Assembly (NCBI RefSeq): GCF_963675095.2
Contig: NZ_CAXXSJ010000060.1
Span: forward strand, 6,903 to 46,902
Length of the DNA: 40,000 nucleotides
Direction: 5' to 3'
DNA from: an uncultured Roseibium sp.
Lineage (GTDB): Bacteria; Pseudomonadota; Alphaproteobacteria; Rhizobiales; Stappiaceae
The notes beneath the pieces are model-generated. The model made no database searches. It was not told the origin of the DNA and worked only from the letters and a program-made list of their open reading frames with translations. The position numbers and the translations under genes were made by a program. Positions 33,616-40,000 of this stretch are shown piece by piece. The stretch's first letter is position 1. Each line of letters begins with the position of its first letter.

Positions 33616-35943
33616 ATGTCCGCCAGCGTACCCGTCACCGATCGTCAAGACCGCCCCTGGGAAGCGATGAACAGCGGCGTGATCCGCGACCCCATCGATC
33701 CGTCCCTGTTGGGCCACGCGGAAATCACGCCGGCGGGCGCCTTCGAGGCCGGGTCCTACGCATCGTTCACCCTGGTCTATACGGCGGGCACCTTCGGCAT
33801 TGACGATTCCGGCAGCCTCCGGGTCTGCTTCCGGTTTGCATCCGACCAGGGCAATCCGCAGTTCGACGATCCGTCGGCCGCCAACTACTGCACCGTGGAA
33901 GCCTCCAACGGGGCCGTGCTGCAGGTCCGCTGGGATCCGAAGGGAAACGTCCGCCCGTGGGATCGCACGCTCTGGATCAAGGTGGTCAAGGGGTTCCTGC
34001 AGGTGGGCGACACGATCACCATCCGCTTCGGTGTCACCGACCATGGCGGGCCCGGCATGCGGCTGCAGACCTTCTGCGAAGACACGTTCGAGTTCCGGGT
34101 TCTGGTGGATCCGATCGCCACGTTCAATTTCCAGACCCTGCCGGTCCAGCCGATGATCTCGATCGTACCAGGGCCGGCTGCCAAATATGCCGCCGTGATG
34201 CCGACATTGCGCCGGCCGGGCGAGACCTTCGCGCTCAAGATCAAGGGCGAAGACAAATGGGGCAATCCGACAGACCGCTGTTCGGGAAAGCTGTTCCTTA
34301 TGGCGGAAGGCAGCATCGACGGCCTGCCGGAAAGCGTGGAGATGACCGAAGGCGTCTTCGGAGTCACCGTCCCGGGGCTTTCCGTGAGCGCGCCGGGACA
34401 GGCCGCCGTGGTCGTGACGGACGAAGCGGGCATCATTGTCGCCCGCACCAATCCGCTCATCGTTGAAGACCGGAAGCTGGTGCATTTCTGGGGCGACATG
34501 CACGGCCAGTCGGAAGAGACCATCGGCACCAACAGCGCTTTCGGCTATTTCGCCTTTGCCCGCGACAAGGCCTGGGTCGATGCCTGTGGCCATCAGGGCA
34601 ATGACTTCCAGATCACAGACGCATTCTGGGCCGAGCTCAACCGCATCACGGCAGAGTTCGACAAGCCGGACGAATTCGTGGCCCTGCCCGGCTACGAGTG
34701 GTCGGGCAACACCGCGCTTGGCGGCGACCGCAACGTTTTCTACCCGACCGACGACCGCCTGATCCGACGGTCCTCGCATGCGCTGATCGAGGATCAGACG
34801 ACGGCGGAGACGGATTGCTTCACCGCCCGGGAACTGTTCCAGGCCTTCGCGGACAACGATGAAACCGACGTGGTCTGCTATGCCCACTGCGGCGGCCGCT
34901 ATGCGGATATCGGCTACGCCCACGACGGCCGTTTCGAGAAGTCGGTCGAGGTTCACTCTTCCTGGGGCAGCTTCGAATGGCTGCTGCACGATGCCATCAA
35001 GTTCGGCTACCGGGTCGGCGTGGTGTGCAATTCCGACGGCCACAAGGGACGCCCGGGCGCGAGTTATCCGGGCGCCGGCAAGTTCGGCGCGATCGGCGGA
35101 CTGACCTGTTTCAACGTGCCGGAACTCAACCGCGACACCCTGCTCGACTGCATGCGCAAGCGCCGCCATTACGGTACCACCGGCGGCGATGGCGGCCGCA
35201 TGGCGATCACCGTCGAGGCGCGTTTCACCCACGACGTCAGTCTCTATCACGACGATCCGAAGTTGTTTTCAGACAGCAAACCGGTCACGACGCGCACTGC
35301 CATGATGGGCGACATCGTTCATCTGCCGGAAGGCGAGATGGAGCTGGAGGTTTCGGTCGACAGCAATTCGCCGATCCTGAAGGTGGATATCTTCAACGGT
35401 CTCGACCTGGTGGAGACCATCCGGCCCTATGGCGAAGACGACCTGGGTGCGCGCCTGCGGCTGCACTGGGAAGGCGCGGAATACCGCGGCCGCTTCCGCG
35501 AAGTCATCTGGGACGGCTCGGCCAAGGTTTCCGACAACGGCGTCACGGCGACCACGCCGATCAACTTCTTCAATCCGGACAAGACGCTCGATCATGCCGG
35601 CCCGACGGACATCTCCTGGAAGGCGCTGACCACCGGGAATTTCGGCGGAGCGGATGTTTACCTGGAAGACGCGCAAGCCGGGACGCTTTCGGTAAAAACG
35701 CCGCTGGTCAGTTTCGAGGTTCCGATTTCGGAGATCGGTCTGGACGAACAGGTCTTCGATGCCTCGGGAGACCTGCCGCGCTTCTTCAAGGTCAGCCGGC
35801 TGCCAGCGGTCAATCCACACCGGTCGCTGCGCTTTACCAGATCTGTTGCCCTAACGTCCGACGGCGACAATCCGGTCTATATTCGCGTCGAGCTGGAGGA
35901 TGGCACCCGGGCCTGGACGAGCCCGATCTATCTCTACCGCTGA
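33616..35943 (+). CDS. Large cytoplasmic DUF3604-like putative metal-dependent hydrolase with a ~290-aa N-terminal beta-rich extension
   Basis: 775 aa with no signal peptide. The C-terminal ~480 aa carry a motif series: FWGDMHGQSEE, GYEWSGNTALGGDRNVFY, HCGGRYAD, VEVHSSWGSFEWLL, NSDGHKGRPG. From memory this matches the DUF3604/PHP-like order. RBS AAGAAGG. The antisense 578-aa ORF is rejected. Confidence 0.6.
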   Translation: MSASVPVTDRQDRPWEAMNSGVIRDPIDPSLLGHAEITPAGAFEAGSYASFTLVYTAGTFGIDDSGSLRVCFRFASDQGNPQFDDPSAANYCTVEASNGAVLQVRWDPKGNVRPWDRTLWIKVVKGFLQVGDTITIRFGVTDHGGPGMRLQTFCEDTFEFRVLVDPIATFNFQTLPVQPMISIVPGPAAKYAAVMPTLRRPGETFALKIKGEDKWGNPTDRCSGKLFLMAEGSIDGLPESVEMTEGVFGVTVPGLSVSAPGQAAVVVTDEAGIIVARTNPLIVEDRKLVHFWGDMHGQSEETIGTNSAFGYFAFARDKAWVDACGHQGNDFQITDAFWAELNRITAEFDKPDEFVALPGYEWSGNTALGGDRNVFYPTDDRLIRRSSHALIEDQTTAETDCFTARELFQAFADNDETDVVCYAHCGGRYADIGYAHDGRFEKSVEVHSSWGSFEWLLHDAIKFGYRVGVVCNSDGHKGRPGASYPGAGKFGAIGGLTCFNVPELNRDTLLDCMRKRRHYGTTGGDGGRMAITVEARFTHDVSLYHDDPKLFSDSKPVTTRTAMMGDIVHLPEGEMELEVSVDSNSPILKVDIFNGLDLVETIRPYGEDDLGARLRLHWEGAEYRGRFREVIWDGSAKVSDNGVTATTPINFFNPDKTLDHAGPTDISWKALTTGNFGGADVYLEDAQAGTLSVKTPLVSFEVPISEIGLDEQVFDASGDLPRFFKVSRLPAVNPHRSLRFTRSVALTSDGDNPVYIRVELEDGTRAWTSPIYLYR

Positions 35944-35967
35944 TCGTGGTGTGAACCGGACCTTCCC

Positions 35968-36684
35968 TTAAACGCCGCCTAGGTAGCTTTCGAAGACACG
36001 GGCATCCGAACGCAGGTCCGCGGATTTGCCTTCAAGGGCAACCTGGCCGGATTCCAGCACGTAGCCGTAATCGGAGCTTTCAAGCGCTGCTAGGGCATTC
36101 TGTTCCACCAGGAGGATGGAGACGCCGTCGTCGCGCAGGCTTCGGACGATGGCGAGAATTTCCTTCACGATCAGGGGTGCAAGGCCGAGGCTCGGCTCGT
36201 CCAGCATCAGAAGGCGCGGTTCGGACATCAGAGCCCGGCCGATTGCCAGCATCTGACGCTCGCCGCCTGACAGCGTATCGGCGCGTTGGTGGCGACGTTC
36301 CGCGAGCCGCGGAAACAAGCCATGGACGCGGTCGAGCAGTTGCGTCAGTTTCGCGGCCGAAGGCCGACGCGTAAAGGCGCCGAGTAGCAGGTTATCGGCA
36401 ACACACATCTCTCCGAACAATTCCCGGCTCTCCGGCACCAGACACAGGCCACGCCGGACCCGATCCTCGACCGACACGTTGCCGATATCCTCGCCTTCGA
36501 AGCGGATTGTCCCACTCGAAGGCAGCAGGCCGATGGCGGCGGCCATCAGAGTCGTCTTGCCGGCGCCGTTGGGCCCGATCACCGACACCGCTCTACCGGC
36601 TTCCAGGGTCAGGGAAACATCCTGAACCGCCTCGACCTTGCCATAGGCCACGTGAAGGTTCTCGATCTGCAGCAGGGCCGTCAT
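35968..36684 (-). CDS. livF: Branched-chain amino acid ABC transporter ATP-binding protein (LivF-like)
   Basis: Walker A GPNGAGKTTLM, signature LSGGERQMLAIG, Walker B LMLDEPSLGLAP. 4-nt overlap with the upstream gene. Confidence 0.85.
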   Translation of the reverse strand: MTALLQIENLHVAYGKVEAVQDVSLTLEAGRAVSVIGPNGAGKTTLMAAAIGLLPSSGTIRFEGEDIGNVSVEDRVRRGLCLVPESRELFGEMCVADNLLLGAFTRRPSAAKLTQLLDRVHGLFPRLAERRHQRADTLSGGERQMLAIGRALMSEPRLLMLDEPSLGLAPLIVKEILAIVRSLRDDGVSILLVEQNALAALESSDYGYVLESGQVALEGKSADLRSDARVFESYLGGV

Positions 36685-38468
36685 GCCGCGTCTCCCAGAT
36701 AGGCGGCGCGAACGCCCTTGTCGGCGCGTGCATCCTGCGGGGCGCCTTCGAATAGCTTGGTGCCGAAATTCATGACCACGAGCCGGTCGACCAGTTTCAT
36801 GACGAAATCCATGTCGTGCTCGACGATGAGGATGGTGACGCCCTCCGCCCGCAATCGGCCGAGCAGGTCTCCGAGCGCCTGCTTTTCGCCTTTCCGAAGG
36901 CCTGCCGCAGGCTCGTCGAGGATCAGGAGAACCGGGTCGGAGGCAAGCGCGCGGGCGATCTCGATGATTCGCTGCGTGCCGAGCGGCATGCTGCCGGCAA
37001 GTTCGTGCTCGCGCCCGGCAAGCCCGATCCGCTCGATCTGGTGCATGGCCTCCGCCCTGATGCGGCGTTCCTCTTGCGCGTCAAAGCCGAAACCGCCACT
37101 CAGATAGCCTGCCCTGCCCCGCGCATGTGCGCCCAGCGCGATATTGTCCAGGATCGACATCTGCGGCCTGAGCTTCACGTGCTGGAACGTTCGGGCCATC
37201 CCCATCAGGGCGATATCGCGCTGGGACTTTCCGGAAATGTCCTTGCCCAGAAAGGCGATCCGCCCGGCAGTCAGGTTCAAGGTGCCGGTCAGGAGATTGA
37301 ACATGGTCGACTTTCCCGCACCGTTGGGGCCGATCAGCCCGACGATCTCGCCGGCCCGAACGTCGAAACCAACCTGATTGACGGCGATCAGTCCCTTGAA
37401 GTGCTTGGAGACCCCGTCGACGGAGAGGAGAACCTCTCCCTTCGCCGGAAGGGCGCGCCGCGGGAGCGGTTCGACCGGCTCCCCGGAAATCGCGGCCGGC
37501 GCCCCTCCCCCGCTTCTCGTTCCGATAAAGCGGGAAGCAAGGCTCAGGACCCCGCCCCGGGCATGGTGCAACAACAGAATAAAGAGGATCGCGAACACCA
37601 CCGCCTGGATCTGGGCGGCATGGGTGGAAAAAAGCGGCAGAATATCCTGCAGGACGCTCTTCAGGGCGATGACGATCGTCGTGCCGGCGATGCCGCCTGC
37701 AAGCTGACCAAGGCCGCCGACCACCATCATGAACATGTAGTCGATGCTGGCGTGCAGCGAGAACGGCGCCGGGCTGACGAACCGGTTTGCATGGGCATAA
37801 AGCCAGCCGGAGAAGGCGGCAAACACGGCGGAGAGAACGAACAGGGCCAGACGAACCCTGAAGATGTCGGCGCCGAAACTCGCCAGCAGCACCTTGCCTC
37901 CACGCACCGCCCGGATCACCCGTCCCATGCGGGAATCGAGCAACCGGTAGCTGAAGACGGTCACAAGCCCGACCAGGATCCAGATGACGTAGAACACCGC
38001 CTCGGAGCTGGAGAACTGCCAGCCACCTACGGAGATTGGCGCAATGCCGGAAATGCCGGAGTGACGGCCGAGGGTTGCGATGTTGCCGAACAGCAGCGGC
38101 ACCGACAGGCCCCAGGCGATTGTACTGAGTGGCAGGTAATGACCGCCGAGCCGCAGGGTCAGGATACCGATCAAAACAGCGCTGACGGTCGTGACCAGAA
38201 GCGCAAACGGCAGTCCGATCCAGGGCGACAGGCCCAAATGCGTGTTCAGCCAGGCACTGGAATAGGCCGCAATTCCAACGAAGGCCGCCTGGCCGAAGGA
38301 GGTGACGCCGCCGACACCGGACAGAAGCACCAGCCCGAGGACGACAAGGGCCGCCATGCCGATATCGTTGAACAGGGACACCGTGAAGCTGCCGAAAACA
38401 AACGGAACGGCGGCCAGAGCGATGACGGGAACCAGAAGAAGCAGTCGGTTTTTGGAGGTGGCGTTCAT
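36681..38468 (-). CDS. Fused branched-chain amino acid ABC transporter permease (LivM-like) and ATP-binding protein (LivG-like)
   Basis: The N-terminal ~320 aa are polytopic. The C-terminal ~250 aa carry [13 protein letters not shown], a degenerate signature motif ([10 protein letters not shown]) and [10 protein letters not shown]. It is one uninterrupted frame. Confidence 0.85.
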   Translation of the reverse strand: MNATSKNRLLLLVPVIALAAVPFVFGSFTVSLFNDIGMAALVVLGLVLLSGVGGVTSFGQAAFVGIAAYSSAWLNTHLGLSPWIGLPFALLVTTVSAVLIGILTLRLGGHYLPLSTIAWGLSVPLLFGNIATLGRHSGISGIAPISVGGWQFSSSEAVFYVIWILVGLVTVFSYRLLDSRMGRVIRAVRGGKVLLASFGADIFRVRLALFVLSAVFAAFSGWLYAHANRFVSPAPFSLHASIDYMFMMVVGGLGQLAGGIAGTTIVIALKSVLQDILPLFSTHAAQIQAVVFAILFILLLHHARGGVLSLASRFIGTRSGGGAPAAISGEPVEPLPRRALPAKGEVLLSVDGVSKHFKGLIAVNQVGFDVRAGEIVGLIGPNGAGKSTMFNLLTGTLNLTAGRIAFLGKDISGKSQRDIALMGMARTFQHVKLRPQMSILDNIALGAHARGRAGYLSGGFGFDAQEERRIRAEAMHQIERIGLAGREHELAGSMPLGTQRIIEIARALASDPVLLILDEPAAGLRKGEKQALGDLLGRLRAEGVTILIVEHDMDFVMKLVDRLVVMNFGTKLFEGAPQDARADKGVRAAYLGDAA

Positions 38469-38470
38469 GA

Positions 38471-39523
38471 TCAGACCTCCTCTTCCGGCTCTTCATCGGA
38501 ATGCGACGAGAAATGGGACCGAACCAGAAGGGCCGGAATTAGAAGCGAAAACACGATGACGTCCTTCAAGGCGCCATGCCAGAACGAGGCGAAGCTCTCC
38601 AGCATGCCAACGGCAACCGCGCCAAGTGCGGTGAGCGGATAACTGTTCAACCCGCCGATGATTGCGGCAACAAACGCTTTCAGCCCGATGATCAGGCCGG
38701 AGTCGTAATACATGGTCGTGGACGGTGCGATCAGGATACCGACGATGCCGGCGAGCACGGAGACCGCGACATAGGCAAGCGTGGCGGTCGCTGCCGGCCG
38801 GATGCCGACCAGTTGCGCCCCGACCCGGTTGACGGCCGTGGCCCTGAGGGCCTTGCCGATCATCGTGCGCTCGAAAGCAAGAAAGAACAGACCCGCCAGG
38901 ACAATCGCAGCCCCTACCATCAGGAGGATCTGGAAGCTGACAGAAAAGCCGGGCGCCAGTTGAAGCGTGCCCTGAACGAAGGGCCGGGTGCGGAAGCCCT
39001 CCGGACCGAAGAACAGCAGCCCCAGGCCCGACATCAGGAAATGCAGCACCAGGGAGGCGATCAGCAGAACCAGAACCGACGCGTCGGCAATCGGGTGATA
39101 GACCAGCCTGGCCGTCAACGGGGCGATGGGGACCACGAGCGCAAGGGATAGCGCAATTGCGGCCAGGGCCGGCATCTCACTGCCCGCGAAAATCCAGGCG
39201 GGTACGCAGGGTAGAAGCGGAAGAATCCCCCAGTAGAAGACGGCTTTGGGAATACGTGCGAATTCCCTGAGCCCGGCAAACCGGACAACTTCCATCAGGG
39301 TGGCGAGAGCCGCAAGCGTGGCGACCAGACCGATGGTCGGCGGCACGCGGCCCGCCTCGATAAAGGCAAGTGTGAGGGCGCTGAAGACGGCCACATCTCC
39401 GAACGGCACGTAGATGACCCGTGTCACCGAAAAGACCAGGACCAGACCTATCCCGGCAAGGAGATAGATTGCAGCACCTGCCATTCCGTCGACTGCGAGT
39501 ATCGACGCAATATCCCAGGACAT
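38471..39523 (-). CDS. livH: Branched-chain amino acid ABC transporter permease (LivH-like)
   Basis: 350 aa, polytopic, LivH-type sequence with an acidic C-terminal tail. 2-nt gap to the next gene. Confidence 0.8.
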   Translation of the reverse strand: MSWDIASILAVDGMAGAAIYLLAGIGLVLVFSVTRVIYVPFGDVAVFSALTLAFIEAGRVPPTIGLVATLAALATLMEVVRFAGLREFARIPKAVFYWGILPLLPCVPAWIFAGSEMPALAAIALSLALVVPIAPLTARLVYHPIADASVLVLLIASLVLHFLMSGLGLLFFGPEGFRTRPFVQGTLQLAPGFSVSFQILLMVGAAIVLAGLFFLAFERTMIGKALRATAVNRVGAQLVGIRPAATATLAYVAVSVLAGIVGILIAPSTTMYYDSGLIIGLKAFVAAIIGGLNSYPLTALGAVAVGMLESFASFWHGALKDVIVFSLLIPALLVRSHFSSHSDEEPEEEV

Positions 39524-39595
39524 AACTGTCGTTCCTTCATTTGGCCTTTTGAGGCCTGGTTATGAGGCAGCACCCTCACACAGCGGCAATCAGGG

Positions 39596-40000
39596 TTATT
39601 GCAGGACCCAGTTGCCGTTTTCGAGCTTGACCATCACCGCGGCGCGGTCGTCGGCGCCGTAAGGGCTGCCCGGCTTGAAGGTCAGGACGCCGTGGGTGAC
39701 CGGCAGATCCTTGGTTTCGAAGATCGCGTCACGCAGAGCTGCCCGGTATTCCGGCGTCCCCGGCTCCATGTCGGCGGGAACCCGCGCGGCCGCGTCTGCG
39801 ATCACTTTCCAGGCGTCGAAAGCATAAGCCGAGAAGGCGTCTTTCGGTGCCTCACCGTTGGCCGCTTCATAGGCTGCCGCGAATTCCGCCGCGACGACCT
39901 TGCTCGGATGGCTGTCCGGCAACTGGTCGGCGACGACCACCGGGCCGGTCGGCGCCAGAAGACCTTCGGCCGATGCTCCCGCCACGCGGATGAAGTCCGG
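39596..40000 (-). CDS. Periplasmic amino-acid-binding protein (LivJ/K-like, type I PBP), C-terminal part; the gene continues beyond the window
   Basis: The frame is open to the window edge. The C-terminal sequence (AYAFDAWKVIADAAARV...GVLTFKPGSPYGADDRAAVMVKLENGNWVLQ) is typical of Leu/Ile/Val-binding-type SBPs. Confidence 0.7.
   Translation of the reverse strand, partial: PDFIRVAGASAEGLLAPTGPVVVADQLPDSHPSKVVAAEFAAAYEAANGEAPKDAFSAYAFDAWKVIADAAARVPADMEPGTPEYRAALRDAIFETKDLPVTHGVLTFKPGSPYGADDRAAVMVKLENGNWVLQ

Noticed and set aside
33514-35250. 578-aa minus-strand ORF
   Set aside because: It is antisense to the DUF3604-like gene. Its composition is Arg/Ala/Gly-biased with no motifs, whereas the plus-strand product has balanced composition, an RBS and operon logic with the TRAP genes.
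36816-38642. 608-aa plus-strand ORF
   Set aside because: It is antisense to the LivM-LivG fusion, which has Walker and signature motifs. This is a high-GC artefact.
1-40000. Scan for CRISPR arrays, tRNA/rRNA genes, IS elements, integrases, toxin-antitoxin or known defence-system signatures
   Set aside because: I saw no spaced direct-repeat arrays, no tRNA-like T-arm motifs in intergenic regions, and no transposase, recombinase or nuclease-type ORFs. The window reads as a metabolic and transport region, not a mobile or defence island.

Overview
High-GC (over 60% by eye) chromosomal segment that looks alphaproteobacterial, possibly a marine Hyphomicrobiales or Rhodobacterales type; that guess is low confidence. 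It is densely coding and dominated by solute uptake and catabolism. I found no rRNA, tRNA, CRISPR array, transposase or integrase. Layout: (1) 1-5032: end of a TRAP permease, a TauE/SafE membrane protein, a NitT/TauT-type ABC importer (SBP-ATPase-permease, minus strand) and an IclR regulator. (2) 5164-8367: a bicupin and a group-A flavoprotein monooxygenase, flanked by the two IclR genes. (3) 8380-22128: a compact 15-gene minus-strand supra-operon. It starts with a small unknown ORF and a second NitT/TauT ABC importer. It continues with an alpha-only Rieske oxygenase, SDR, alpha/beta hydrolase, extradiol dioxygenase, an atypical SDR, a ThDP enzyme, a NadX-like dehydrogenase and an aldehyde dehydrogenase. 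It ends with an FprA-type reductase, a flavodoxin and a pentapeptide-repeat protein. (4) 22519-29383: an RND/MMPL-type exporter, a small secreted protein, an FAD monooxygenase, a CrtE-like GGPP synthase and a P450. This looks like an orphan oxidative isoprenoid module with no recognisable cyclase, bracketed by low-GC tracts, one of which holds a gene relic. (5) 29792-35943: a GntR/HutC regulator, a TRAP transporter (DctPQM) and a 775-aa DUF3604-like putative metallohydrolase of unknown substrate. (6) 35968-40000: a Liv-type branched-chain amino acid ABC transporter with a fused LivM-LivG. The best candidates for undescribed biology are the flavodoxin/FprA/pentapeptide tail of the Rieske operon together with its non-canonical lower pathway, the cyclase-less GGPP synthase/P450/FAD/RND module, and the TRAP-coupled DUF3604-like enzyme. 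Many long ORFs in the six-frame track are antisense artefacts of the high GC content and were rejected. All functional calls come from motif recognition by eye, with no database search.
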